Source: an uncultured Gammaproteobacteria bacterium (GTDB taxonomy: Bacteria; Patescibacteriota; Microgenomatia; UBA12405; JAHJSD01). From it: a DNA stretch of 64,000 nt. Of the stretch, positions 28,815 through 38,646 are shown piece by piece. The notes beneath the pieces are model-generated. The model did not search any database, was not told where the DNA came from, and was given only the letters and a program-made list of their open reading frames with translations. The stretch covers positions 34,193 through 98,192 of the forward strand of contig CAZCGQ010000002.1 of the NCBI GenBank assembly GCA_964498425.1. The letters are read 5' to 3'. Position numbers and translations under genes: made by a program. How positions within the stretch are numbered: the first letter of the stretch is position 1; each line of letters begins with the position of its first letter.

Positions 28815-29177
28815 ATGGAAAGAGAAGCAAATTTGGCTCCAATATCTTGTAACCCAAGATGCTGTCCAGTTTTTGCGGAGGCTGTTAATCAAACAATATC
28901 AACAGTAATTAACGAGGTTTATGCTGATTATTTTTACCATGAAGTATGCCGAAAAGAACTTCCCGAAATAAAAACATTTAGAGATTTACCTTATTCCAGA
29001 GAAATTGAAGTTATTCCAGCAATTTGCACTGAAAGTCCGGTAATGGTTCCCAGAGGTTGTCTAGCTACAGGTTTTTTGGAAATTGACTTATCGATAAAGC
29101 CGGAATCAACAGCTAATGGAGAGTTGACTATTACTTCGCGACCTATTACTTGCCCAATCCGCCACGTTGAAGTTTAG
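28815..29177 (+). CDS. Orphan Cys-rich hypothetical protein
   Basis: 120 aa with about nine Cys (CNPRCCP...C...C...C...C). Confidence 0.3.
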   Translation: MEREANLAPISCNPRCCPVFAEAVNQTISTVINEVYADYFYHEVCRKELPEIKTFRDLPYSREIEVIPAICTESPVMVPRGCLATGFLEIDLSIKPESTANGELTITSRPITCPIRHVEV

Positions 29178-29947
29178 TTTTGTTTAAACCAAGGGATTAG
29201 TAAAGAAGTAGATTTTTTATACTGCTGGTATTTACGATTGTCGCCATATTTTTTTTCATAACGTTTTTCTAGCGGTGGTATGCCGGAAACAAAAAGCAAC
29301 AGCGAAATGATGTAAATCGGGCTGATAACAAATAGGTATTGGAAACCAGATAGATAGGGGACTACAGCGATAAATAAGCCGACCCAACAGAGAATTTCCC
29401 CGAAATAATTCGGATGGCGGGAGTAATACCATAAACCAACATCTGTCCATTTGCCTTTGTTTTCTGGGTTGTTTTTAAAGTTAAATTTTTGTTGATCGGC
29501 AATTGCTTCAATAGTTAATCCGACAGCCCAAATAATTAGGCCAACATAAAACAACGGTTTTACCTCCATCGGAGGTTGATTAACTACCCAGATGTGGGGT
29601 AAAAGAATTATCCAAATAGTAATTGTCTGGAGAATCCAAAACTTGGCAAACTCCCAAATCTTGTCCCGTCGGTCATCAAAACGTTTATCTCGCCCGATTT
29701 TTAATATCCGGATAAATAAGTATCCGGCCAAACGAGCACCCCAAATAGTAACCGCAATGACAATTAGCAGTTTGACTAGAGAATGGGCGGAGGAAAGATA
29801 GACCAGCCAAAGGGCAATAAAAAAACTGATGCCGTAAGCTAAGTCGGTAACTTTGTCAGTTTTAAAAGTTGAAGCAATTAAAAAAAAGAGGACTTGAAGA
29901 CCTAAAATAATCAAAAACGTAAATAAAAATACGTTCATTAAGGTCAT
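29174..29947 (-). CDS. DUF1295 / steroid-5alpha-reductase-like membrane protein
   Basis: Polytopic membrane protein with the C-terminal YYSRHPNYFGE motif. Confidence 0.6.
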   Translation of the reverse strand: MTLMNVFLFTFLIILGLQVLFFLIASTFKTDKVTDLAYGISFFIALWLVYLSSAHSLVKLLIVIAVTIWGARLAGYLFIRILKIGRDKRFDDRRDKIWEFAKFWILQTITIWIILLPHIWVVNQPPMEVKPLFYVGLIIWAVGLTIEAIADQQKFNFKNNPENKGKWTDVGLWYYSRHPNYFGEILCWVGLFIAVVPYLSGFQYLFVISPIYIISLLLFVSGIPPLEKRYEKKYGDNRKYQQYKKSTSLLIPWFKQN

Positions 29948-30094
29948 TATACACTAATCAGCGGTTAAAGACTTTTCCCAGCGGGTTTGTAGTTATTTAA
30001 CGGCGGATTCCCTTTTTTCTTCGTCAAAATTTCGTTCAACTCTACCTGCCACTTTCATTATTCTAACATAAAGGGTTATTGATATAATTGATTT

Positions 30095-32638
30095 ATGGCA
30101 AAGTTGGACCAACAAGAAGAGTTGGCAAAGCTAGACAAGCTGGACTTTTCGACACCAATGATGGAGCAGTATTTGAAAGTTAAAAAGGAATACGCTGATT
30201 GTTTGGTTTTGTTCCGGCTTGGGGATTTTTATGAATTGTTTCTGGATGACGCCAAAATCGGGTCTGAGGTTTTGGGAATTACTTTAACCACCCGCAAACG
30301 TGGAAGCGACGGCCGAATACCAATGTGCGGTGTACCTTATCACGCACTTGATTCTTACCTCGGTAAGCTGGTTAAAGCCGGCTATAAAGTGGCTATTTGT
30401 GAGCAAATGGAAACGGCTGATGAGGCTGATGGAATGGTTGAGCGTGATGTGGTTCGGGTAGTAACACCGGGTACAATTTTAGACGATCAGAATTTGATTC
30501 AGAAAGAGAATAATTTTACTCTTGGTATAGAAATCGGTAAAAAGGAATTGGGTCTGGCCTATGCTGATTTGAGTACTGGGGAGGTTTATCTTCGCCAAAT
30601 TGAATTTAGAGATTTGGAAGAAGCCTTGGCCGGTGAAATTATCCGGATTAAACCGGCTGAAGTGATTTCATCTCATCAGAATTACAACCAACCGGAGATT
30701 TTAAGAGCTTTGCGAGTTACCCCTAACGTTAATATTTACCCAGATGATAAGTGGGAAAAGAGCACTAAGAATTTCCTCCAGGTTTTGAAAGATCATTTTC
30801 AGGTTAAATCTTTAGAAGGATTTGGGATTGATGAAGAAGAACAAAGGATAGGACTAAAGGCGGCGGCAGGAATTTTAGGTTATTTGAAAGAAACCCAAAA
30901 GAACGATTTAGAACATATTAAAAAGATTACCCCCTTTAGGAAAAGTGACTTTCTCCGGCTGGATCCAACAACAATTGTTAATTTGGAACTGTTAACGACA
31001 GTTCGCGGGGAGAGAAGCGAGGCAACGCTGATAAATGTCCTTGACAATACGCATACCGCGGCTGGCGGAAGAAAACTGCGCAATTGGCTGCTTCACCCGT
31101 TAACCAATATTAATCAGATAAATCAACGCCTGGATGGAGTAGAAGTTTTAAAGACCCAACCAGATAAACGAAAAAATGTTCAGGATTTGTTAAGCCAAGT
31201 TATGGATATGGAACGGCTTGTTTCAAGAATTTCTATTGGCACAGCTAACCCAAGAGATTTGATTGGACTGAAAACTTCATTAGAACGGTGTGTAGAAATT
31301 AAGGATTACCTGTCTAACCAAATTCCAGAATTAGAATACCTTTTTCCGGACGAGCTGATTACTGAAATTAAACCAGCAATTACTTTGATTGATAATCAGG
31401 TTAAACCGGAACCACCAGCGACTTTGTCTGACGGCGGATATATTGCTGATGGGGTAGATTCGCAGTTGGATAATTACCGGGAAATACTTTCAGGTAGTGA
31501 AAATTGGCTGAAAGAATTTGAAAAGAAACAGCGTCAGCTGACTGGAATTGAAAGTTTAAAGATTGGGCAGAATAAAGTTTATGGGTTTTATATTCAGGTA
31601 AGCAAATCTAACCTCAATAAAGTACCCGATAATTATATTCGCAAGCAAACTTTGGTTAATTCTGAGCGCTATATTTTGCCGGAGTTGAAAGAGCGGGAAG
31701 AGTCAGCTTTGGAAGCTGAAGAAAAGAGCAAACAGCTGGAGAAAGAGATTTTTCAAAAATTGTTGGCAGAAATCTTGTCATACACAGGCTTTATTCAGCA
31801 GTCGTCTATCTCAACTGCTAAGCTGGATGTGTATACCAGCTTAGCCGAATCCGCTCAAAAAAACCGCTATGTCCGTCCAATTTTAACTGAAAATGGCGAG
31901 CTAGGTATAAAAAAGGGCCGTCACCCGGTAGTTGAAAGTATCCAGGATGAGCCGTTTGTCCCCAACGACACCGTAATGAAAAGTGATGACCAGCAAATCT
32001 TAATTATTACCGGTCCGAACATGGCCGGTAAGTCTACTTATCTACGTCAAGTTGCCCTAATTAGCCTGATGGCCCAGGTTGGTAGTTTTGTGCCGGCAGA
32101 ATCGGCTGAAATACCTCTGCGTGACCAGATTTTTACCCGGGTAGGGGCAAGTGACAAGATTAGTTTGGGGCAAAGTACTTTTTTGGTAGAAATGATTGAA
32201 ACAGCCAATATACTTAATAACTGTACCCCCCAAAGTTTAATAATTTTTGATGAAATTGGCCGAGGAACAAGTACGTTTGATGGGATGAGTTTGGCTTGGG
32301 CGGTAGTTGAATACCTTGCTGAAAATGGGAATAAACAGGCGTTAACTTTGTTTGCTACTCATTACCACGAATTAACTAACCTGGCTGATAAGTATGACCA
32401 AATCAAAAATTACCAGGTAGCGGTAAAACGTGAAGGAGATGAGATTGTTTTTCTCCATCAGGTGGTTGAGGGCGGGTCTTGGCACAGTTACGGCATTGAA
32501 GTTGGCCGGTTGGCCGGTTTGCCGAAGTCAGTTATCCGCCGGGCAAAGAAAATTCTGCAGAAAACTAAGCAGGATCAACAGGATTTATACCGCACCCGAC
32601 GCAAATCCGAGGAAGATAAACAAGAAGAATTATTCTAA
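30095..32638 (+). CDS. mutS: DNA mismatch repair protein MutS
   Basis: TPMMEQY, GPNMAGKSTYLRQ (Walker A), DEIGRGTSTFDG, FATHYHEL. Confidence 0.95.
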   Translation: MAKLDQQEELAKLDKLDFSTPMMEQYLKVKKEYADCLVLFRLGDFYELFLDDAKIGSEVLGITLTTRKRGSDGRIPMCGVPYHALDSYLGKLVKAGYKVAICEQMETADEADGMVERDVVRVVTPGTILDDQNLIQKENNFTLGIEIGKKELGLAYADLSTGEVYLRQIEFRDLEEALAGEIIRIKPAEVISSHQNYNQPEILRALRVTPNVNIYPDDKWEKSTKNFLQVLKDHFQVKSLEGFGIDEEEQRIGLKAAAGILGYLKETQKNDLEHIKKITPFRKSDFLRLDPTTIVNLELLTTVRGERSEATLINVLDNTHTAAGGRKLRNWLLHPLTNINQINQRLDGVEVLKTQPDKRKNVQDLLSQVMDMERLVSRISIGTANPRDLIGLKTSLERCVEIKDYLSNQIPELEYLFPDELITEIKPAITLIDNQVKPEPPATLSDGGYIADGVDSQLDNYREILSGSENWLKEFEKKQRQLTGIESLKIGQNKVYGFYIQVSKSNLNKVPDNYIRKQTLVNSERYILPELKEREESALEAEEKSKQLEKEIFQKLLAEILSYTGFIQQSSISTAKLDVYTSLAESAQKNRYVRPILTENGELGIKKGRHPVVESIQDEPFVPNDTVMKSDDQQILIITGPNMAGKSTYLRQVALISLMAQVGSFVPAESAEIPLRDQIFTRVGASDKISLGQSTFLVEMIETANILNNCTPQSLIIFDEIGRGTSTFDGMSLAWAVVEYLAENGNKQALTLFATHYHELTNLADKYDQIKNYQVAVKREGDEIVFLHQVVEGGSWHSYGIEVGRLAGLPKSVIRRAKKILQKTKQDQQDLYRTRRKSEEDKQEELF

Positions 32639-32856
32639 CTAATTAGAAAGTTACCATATTATCTTTTCTGAGACAATCGCTCATTCTTTAGTGCCGACAT
32701 ACACATTTTTTAAAAAGCTCATTCCGCTACTCGCACCCAATAAGTAACTTTTTTAATTGAATTTTTTAGCAGGGTGCTCCTAGAGGCTCGTTCAAAGATA
32801 ATAATGCTAACTTTCTTAGAACCACTAGTTATTTTGGTTTTTGATAAAATACATCT

Positions 32857-34617
32857 ATGGGGAACAAAATAAAAGTATTACCAGAGGAGTTGGTTAACCA
32901 GATTGCGGCGGGGGAAGTAGTGGAGAGGCCGGCTTCGGTGGTTAAGGAATTGGTTGAAAATGCTTTAGACGCTGGGGCAACTTTTTTGGAAATTAGCATT
33001 GTTAAAGGTGGGAAAGAGGGAATTGAAGTTCGGGATAACGGCCAGGGAATGACTAAGGAAGATGCTTTGTTAGCGGTGAAAAGATACTCAACTTCAAAAA
33101 TTAATTCCGTTGATGATTTAAACCAAATTAAAACCTTTGGATTTCGGGGCGAAGCTTTAGCAAGTATCGCTTCGGTGTCAAAATTTACCTTGAAAACGAA
33201 GCCTAGCGATTCTGTTGAAGGAACAAAGATTACTCTTGACGACAACGGTCAACCGAAAGCGGAAACCTGTGCGCACCCGACGGGAACGACGGTAGAAATT
33301 AATGATCTTTTTTACAATGTACCAGCCCGGCAGAAGTTTATGAAAACCGATCAAACAGAGTTTAAACATATTCGGGATTTTGTTACTGCTCAAGCAATTT
33401 GTCATCCTCAAATCGGCTTTCTTTTAAACCACAACGAAAGAGAAGTTTTTAACCTTCCTGAAAATCAAAAGCTGTCCAGCCGGCTAACTAATTTGCTTAA
33501 TTTGGATCTTGAACAATTTTTGCCAATCGAATTGAAGGCGGATTATTTCAGTTTGAAAGGATTTGTTGGTTTGCCGGAGGTGGCTAGGAAGAAACAATCG
33601 GTTCAGTATTTGTTTGTTAATCAGCGGTACCTGTCAAATAAAACCGTCTCCGGGGCGATTTATAAAGCCTACAGCCAGTTACTGCCTTCGGGAATTAAAC
33701 CGGCTTACGTTTTAAAAATAAATGTCCGACAGGATTTGATTGATGTCAATGTTCATCCTCGTAAGGAGGAAGTTAAGTTTATTTCTCCGGGAGTGATTTT
33801 TAACAACCTTTATAAAGCAATTTATTCAAAACTGAACCAAGCGGCAGAAAACCAACGAGTTGTTTATAAAGCTCCACCAAGTCAGGTTCACCAACAATCG
33901 GCAGGAGGAGGGACAGCCAAAAGTAATTACCAGCCGGAAACTCGGCCAAAACCGAACTACACTGAACAACAACAGTTTGTGCAATCAATCCTTGAAGACA
34001 AAGATTCAGGTTTGGTAAATTCTGGGCCAAATGATATTTGGCAGATTAGTAGTTTGTATTTGGTTGTTAGGGGCGATAAAGAATTGATAATTTATGACCA
34101 GCATGCAGCGGAAGAAAAGATACTTTTTGAGCAATTTAAAAAGGATTTTATGGCCAAACGCGGGGACAGCCAGGAACTGTTGTTTGAAGAAGAAATTAGT
34201 TTAACTCCCGAGGATTTAAACCTAGTTAAGGAACATCAAAAAACCTTGGAAGCTATTGGATTTCAATTCGAAATTACAAATAATGCTATTAAGATAAAGG
34301 GTATCCCGATAGTTTTGGAAGATAAAAATATTGGGGTAATCTTTCGAAATTATCTGGATGAGCTGAAGTCGCCAGAAGAAGAACTGCATCCGGATCCAGG
34401 CGATACCGGCATTGACAAAAACACTTTAACAAACCTGGCTTATCTTGCCTGCCGGTCAGCCGTTAAACAGGGAGATAAATTAACTCCAGCAAAACGTCAA
34501 GAGATTATTAATAAATTGAGTGATCTTGGAGCAGTTGGAATGACTTGCCCTCACGGTCGACCGACATATATTAAAATCTCTCTAACTGATTTAAACAAAC
34601 GCTTCCACCGAAGTTGA
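32857..34617 (+). CDS. mutL: DNA mismatch repair protein MutL
   Basis: GHKL N-terminus (VVKELVENALDAGAT; RDNGQGM; GFRGEAL), C-terminal dimerisation domain. Confidence 0.9.
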   Translation: MGNKIKVLPEELVNQIAAGEVVERPASVVKELVENALDAGATFLEISIVKGGKEGIEVRDNGQGMTKEDALLAVKRYSTSKINSVDDLNQIKTFGFRGEALASIASVSKFTLKTKPSDSVEGTKITLDDNGQPKAETCAHPTGTTVEINDLFYNVPARQKFMKTDQTEFKHIRDFVTAQAICHPQIGFLLNHNEREVFNLPENQKLSSRLTNLLNLDLEQFLPIELKADYFSLKGFVGLPEVARKKQSVQYLFVNQRYLSNKTVSGAIYKAYSQLLPSGIKPAYVLKINVRQDLIDVNVHPRKEEVKFISPGVIFNNLYKAIYSKLNQAAENQRVVYKAPPSQVHQQSAGGGTAKSNYQPETRPKPNYTEQQQFVQSILEDKDSGLVNSGPNDIWQISSLYLVVRGDKELIIYDQHAAEEKILFEQFKKDFMAKRGDSQELLFEEEISLTPEDLNLVKEHQKTLEAIGFQFEITNNAIKIKGIPIVLEDKNIGVIFRNYLDELKSPEEELHPDPGDTGIDKNTLTNLAYLACRSAVKQGDKLTPAKRQEIINKLSDLGAVGMTCPHGRPTYIKISLTDLNKRFHRS

Positions 34618-34625
34618 ATCTTCCA

Positions 34626-34670
34626 AGGTTCAAACCTAAACAACCTTGAAGGTTAATTAGGTTTGAACCT
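34626..34670 (+). terminator. Nested stem-loop downstream of mutL (12-bp stem AGGTTCAAACCT/AGGTTTGAACCT with an internal AACCTT-G-AAGGTT hairpin)
   Basis: Inverted repeats read directly from the sequence. There is no clean U-tract, so terminator function is uncertain. Confidence 0.3.
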
Positions 34671-34690
34671 AATTATGATATGATGAATTT

Positions 34691-35377
34691 GTGGGGAAAA
34701 GGGCTTACACCATTCATGATTTGCCTGAGGAAGAACGGCCGCGGGAAAGACTTCAGAGGGTAGGAGCAGGTAATCTTTCTCATCAAGAATTGTTGGCAAT
34801 TATTATTGAAAAAGGCAGTCAGGGCGAAAACGCCTTACATTTGGCTCAACGGCTAATTGCTGAATTTGGTTCTTTGAGAAAGGTAAAAAAAGCAACTTTT
34901 GAACAACTGACTTCAGTTAAGGGCATTGGGCCAGCAACTGCCTGCAAACTGAAAGCTGCTTTTTGTCTCGGTCAGGCTGGCAAAACAAAAAGCTTAGGTA
35001 AAAGGAAGATTAAATCTGCCAATGATATTTATAGGTTGGTTAAGGATGAAATAGGGGAGAAGCAAAAGGAATTTTTTATCTTAATTTGTTTAGACAGCCG
35101 CAACTGCGTTACCAGCCAGGAGGTTATTTCTATTGGGTCACTAAATTCTAGTTTGTCTCACCCAAGGGAAGTTTTTAAAGCGGCAATTGACCACCGAGCG
35201 GCGGCGATTGTTCTTTGTCATAATCATCCGTCTGGTGATGTTCAACCAAGCGATAGTGATTTGAAGTTGACGGAAAGGTTAAAACAAGTCAGTCAACTGG
35301 TTGATATTCCTTTAATCGATCATCTGATTGTTTCCCCAACTACTTTCTTTAGCTTTTCCGAAAAAAGCTTGATGTAA
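34691..35377 (+). CDS. radC: RadC-like JAB/MPN domain protein
   Basis: Helix-hairpin-helix N-terminus and HNHPSGD plus SDSD JAMM motif. Confidence 0.85.
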   Translation: MGKRAYTIHDLPEEERPRERLQRVGAGNLSHQELLAIIIEKGSQGENALHLAQRLIAEFGSLRKVKKATFEQLTSVKGIGPATACKLKAAFCLGQAGKTKSLGKRKIKSANDIYRLVKDEIGEKQKEFFILICLDSRNCVTSQEVISIGSLNSSLSHPREVFKAAIDHRAAAIVLCHNHPSGDVQPSDSDLKLTERLKQVSQLVDIPLIDHLIVSPTTFFSFSEKSLM

Positions 35378-35378
35378 G
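35321..35378 (+). repeat. Direct-repeat copy A (radC 3' end), 58 bp
   Basis: 54 of 58 nt identical to copy B at 36168-36225. Confidence 0.8.
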
Positions 35379-35400
35379 TTTGGTGTGATATTATTGAAAA

Positions 35401-36159
35401 ATGGACGAAGGTTTTGAAAGCCAACCGATCAGGAAACGGATTAAAAAATCTACGGAAAATTTTGAAAGAAACTCCGGGTGGGTTAAAACAAGACGATTGC
35501 AAAGACCTGAAGGTCTAGGTCTAACTGACGCAACAGCCTCTTATGTTGACCTGCTACCACGTTTTGAAAAGAAAACTTTCCTGGATCACCTGTACCAGCT
35601 GGTTGATGATAAAGGAAAAGGAAAGTACCTTGACATAGGCGGCGGAACTGGGCTCGCTGCTTTAGACTTAAGAGAAATTTTCCCACCTGAAAAGTTGGAC
35701 ATTGCTGTCATTGGCCATCAAACTGACATTGAAGAAGGACAATACGCACATTTCGGCAGATATCCATTGCAGCCAACAAAAGAAAAGTTGGAGGAGAACA
35801 ATATTAACTTTATTCACACAGATTTCCTAAAAGCACATAAGAAATTAGGCAGCAGTTCTTTTGATGTTGTGACTGCATGCTGGTCATTAAACTATATAGA
35901 ATATCCCCCTTACGCAATTTTAAAAAAAGTCTGGCGGCAATTGACTCCTAATGGAGTAGCCTTTATTTATCCTCTCTCAGTAGGATTGGTTGATACAAAA
36001 ACGGGAGACCGGCTTTCTTTCACTGAATATCTACAAGATGAATTTGATTTAGATATTGAGGCAAGAGGTGGTGGAATTAGTTTTAGAAGGACAAAACCTC
36101 AACTCCCAAACAATTTAAAACAAAACATCAGGTATGGTGACGTAGAACTACCAAAATAA
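35401..36159 (+). CDS. Class I SAM-dependent methyltransferase carried between the 58-bp direct repeats
   Basis: YLDIGGGTGLAALDL (motif I), DVVTACWSLNYI. Confidence 0.65.
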   Translation: MDEGFESQPIRKRIKKSTENFERNSGWVKTRRLQRPEGLGLTDATASYVDLLPRFEKKTFLDHLYQLVDDKGKGKYLDIGGGTGLAALDLREIFPPEKLDIAVIGHQTDIEEGQYAHFGRYPLQPTKEKLEENNINFIHTDFLKAHKKLGSSSFDVVTACWSLNYIEYPPYAILKKVWRQLTPNGVAFIYPLSVGLVDTKTGDRLSFTEYLQDEFDLDIEARGGGISFRRTKPQLPNNLKQNIRYGDVELPK

Positions 36160-36167
36160 TTTTATAA

Positions 36168-36225
36168 TCACCTGATTGTTTCCCCAACCACCTTCTTTAG
36201 CTTTTCCGAAAAAGGCTTGATGTAA
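36168..36225 (+). repeat. Direct-repeat copy B: a non-coding duplicate of the radC 3' end that re-creates ...LIVSPTTFFSFSEKGLM*
   Basis: Aligns to 35321-35378 with four mismatches. Confidence 0.8.
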
Positions 36226-36266
36226 AAATTGAATTAACCCTATTTTTCTGATAATATCCCAGTAAT

Positions 36267-36800
36267 ATGGTAGAAAGAATGGCCGGCTTGACTGCTGTTG
36301 ACGCACTACTCTCACCCCAACAAAAGGAAATTGACTCACTTCTAAGTAATTATTTGGTTGTAGATGAACTTCTTCAAACTCGCTACAAATCTGTAATGTC
36401 ACGAACTTCCAGCAGGGATGATATGCTAGAAAATCCTCCTCGATTTCGTTTTTTGTCGAAATACTGCACGGCAATATATGATCCCCAAGCAGAAGTTTTA
36501 TATGAAGGAAAGTGGAGTGACCTACATTTTTGGATTGCTCGAAAAAATGGATTGGCAACCTTGTCCGAAGAATGGCATGATAGAAAACAACGCTATGTAA
36601 GTTGTGATCTTTTTTCTCTTAGGGCAGTTAGGGGAGTTAGAGTAGCAATATTAAATACCCTTCATATTTTTGCTAAACAAGATTTAAACAAGATAAAAAA
36701 ATTAGGATTTGAAGTTATGGGGCCCGAATATCATTGGCTTATTGAAAACAATTACACTTTTGAGGGGTTTATTAAAACACCATCGGCCTTAACAAGGTAA
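36267..36800 (+). CDS. Hypothetical protein
   Basis: 177-aa ORF with no recognised motifs. The competing antisense ORF at 36148-36558 was rejected. Confidence 0.35.
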   Translation: MVERMAGLTAVDALLSPQQKEIDSLLSNYLVVDELLQTRYKSVMSRTSSRDDMLENPPRFRFLSKYCTAIYDPQAEVLYEGKWSDLHFWIARKNGLATLSEEWHDRKQRYVSCDLFSLRAVRGVRVAILNTLHIFAKQDLNKIKKLGFEVMGPEYHWLIENNYTFEGFIKTPSALTR

Positions 36801-36823
36801 ACTAATTTCTTTTTTAAGGTTTT

Positions 36824-37312
36824 TTAACTTCGGGCGAATTTGGTGAAGAAGAAGAGAGAAATGGCTACACCGCTGGTGAGAAGCATTATTGTCGGGAAGG
36901 TTACTCCAACGGTCGGCAAACTGCTGTCAGTGGCTGTACCGCTGCCAACAGAGTCCCAATTAATATTCTCATTACCAAGAGTTAAAGTAAAGGAAATTGT
37001 GCTTTCATTGTTGGTTAAGGTTACTGAGTGATCGCCGCCAGATAAGGCTGATGACGGGGTCCAAGACCAAGAACCGGAGCTGTCGGCAGTAGTCGTATAA
37101 TCTGTTCCGTCAATGTTAATCGTAACCGTTGAATCGGCAGGAGCTTCACCGGTAAATGTTGGTTGTAGGCTGGTGTGATACCACTGAGAGTAAAGCTTGC
37201 CGTCGGTATTAACCCCTCCAATGGATTTAAGGTTAAAACCAGAAGCAAAAGCTTGGGGTGCTGAAAGTAAAAAGAATAGGGCAAGTAAAGTTAATGTTTT
37301 AAAAAACTTCAT
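36824..37312 (-). CDS. Secreted Ig-like (Big) domain protein
   Basis: Signal peptide (LLSAPQAFA|SG) plus a Thr/Ser-rich beta domain and a C-terminal hydrophobic anchor. Confidence 0.45.
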   Translation of the reverse strand: MKFFKTLTLLALFFLLSAPQAFASGFNLKSIGGVNTDGKLYSQWYHTSLQPTFTGEAPADSTVTINIDGTDYTTTADSSGSWSWTPSSALSGGDHSVTLTNNESTISFTLTLGNENINWDSVGSGTATDSSLPTVGVTFPTIMLLTSGVAISLFFFTKFARS

Positions 37313-37360
37313 TAATATATTAATAGCATAAATATTTTATTTGTGCAAAATTTTCATCAC

Positions 37361-37384
37361 AGGGACAACTATAGAGTTGTCCCT
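37361..37384. other. Perfect 10-bp inverted repeat AGGGACAACT-atag-AGTTGTCCCT
   Basis: Lies downstream of rmuC on the minus strand. No flanking U-tract. Confidence 0.4.
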
Positions 37385-37401
37385 ACAGATAACAGATAGT
37401 A

Positions 37402-38508
37402 TTATTCTTCTAGATCAGCGGAAATTTGTTTGGGTTGGTCGAGTTGGATTTTATCAATCGCCCGAACAAGCTGGTTGGTTCGAGTGGAATCGACTTCGCG
37501 GTATTGACGAGTTAGAGATTCGATTCTTGAGCCGATTTTTTCAAAGGCTTCGTTGTATTTTTTGAACTGTTTTTCGAATTCCTTTATTTGTGTAATGATT
37601 TGATAGATGTTTTCCTGATAGCGAAAGTTGTCATAGGCTTGGCGAATCATTCTTAGGATCGCTGTAAATGAAAACGGGCCGGCAAGGATAACTTTTTTCC
37701 TCATTGCTTCTGACCAGATTTCATTCATTTTATCGTAGATGTAGGAAAAAATCATTTCATTGGGAACAAAGAGGATGACAAAGTCAACCGTGTTGCTTTC
37801 GGGATTGATGTAATCACGGCTGGTAATTTGTTTGATTTTTTCTTTAACGTCACGAGAGAATTTGCGAAAATATCTGGCTTTAGCGTCTTCGTCTTCGGTT
37901 TCAACCGCGCGTTGAAGATTAGAGTAGGGGAATTTGGAATCAACGTTTACCCGCATACCATCGGGAAGGAAAACACAAAAGTCTGGACGGGTTTTGGATT
38001 CTTTTTGTTCTTTGTTGAATTCGTAGTCAACTCCTTTGACAAACCCGGTCATTTTTAACAGGTTTTCGGCAACTTGCTCGCCGAACTGGCCACGAAGACG
38101 ATTGTCGGAGAGAACTCGTTTGAGATTTTCAGTTGTGCTGGAGAGATCTTTAGTGATTTTGGTTTGTTCTTCAACTTTGTTTTTTAATTCTCGGAAGGAA
38201 CCAATTCTGTCTTTTTCGGCATCTTCCAGCTTTTTATTGCTTTTTTCGAGTTCTTTTTTCAAGTTATCAACTAATTCTTTTATCGACTCTCGCTTGTTCT
38301 CCAAATCTGTTTTTATTTCTTTTTTTTCGGCCCCAAGCTTTTGGTCAGCCATCATAATCAGTTGTTCGTTGATTTTAGGAAAGATCTCGTTTACTTTTTG
38401 TTCTAAGCTGGTAGTAAGTGTGTTTGCCTGTTGCTTGTTTCTAAAGCTAGAAAATAAAAAGGCGAGAACAAACCCTCCCAGCAGACCTAAGATAATATAG
38501 AAAATCAT
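37402..38508 (-). CDS. rmuC: DNA recombination protein RmuC
   Basis: N-terminal TM helix, long coiled coil, C-terminal RmuC nuclease-like domain (DFVILFVPNEMIFSYI). Confidence 0.75.
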   Translation of the reverse strand: MIFYIILGLLGGFVLAFLFSSFRNKQQANTLTTSLEQKVNEIFPKINEQLIMMADQKLGAEKKEIKTDLENKRESIKELVDNLKKELEKSNKKLEDAEKDRIGSFRELKNKVEEQTKITKDLSSTTENLKRVLSDNRLRGQFGEQVAENLLKMTGFVKGVDYEFNKEQKESKTRPDFCVFLPDGMRVNVDSKFPYSNLQRAVETEDEDAKARYFRKFSRDVKEKIKQITSRDYINPESNTVDFVILFVPNEMIFSYIYDKMNEIWSEAMRKKVILAGPFSFTAILRMIRQAYDNFRYQENIYQIITQIKEFEKQFKKYNEAFEKIGSRIESLTRQYREVDSTRTNQLVRAIDKIQLDQPKQISADLEE

Positions 38509-38646
38509 AGCTATATTGTAACGTAGATGAAGAAATTTCTAAAATTGAAGTTAAGGTTTTGAGGATTAATGTATTATAATTACTAAGGTGTTTCACCTCC
38601 GAGGAGTCAATTCTGCCACCTCGCAGGAGAAACTCATCTTAATACA

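Noticed and set aside
32639-32856. 218-bp mutS-mutL spacer as a possible small RNA
   Set aside because: No recognisable conserved ncRNA structure or promoter/terminator pair could be read from the sequence.
36148-36558. 136-aa minus-strand ORF
   Set aside because: It is antisense to direct-repeat copy B (its C-terminus is the reverse translation of the radC tail) and overlaps the more plausible plus-strand ORF at 36267-36800.
37341-37565. 74-aa plus-strand ORF spanning the palindrome and the rmuC 3' end
   Set aside because: It overlaps the rmuC coding region in antisense and starts within the intergenic hairpin.
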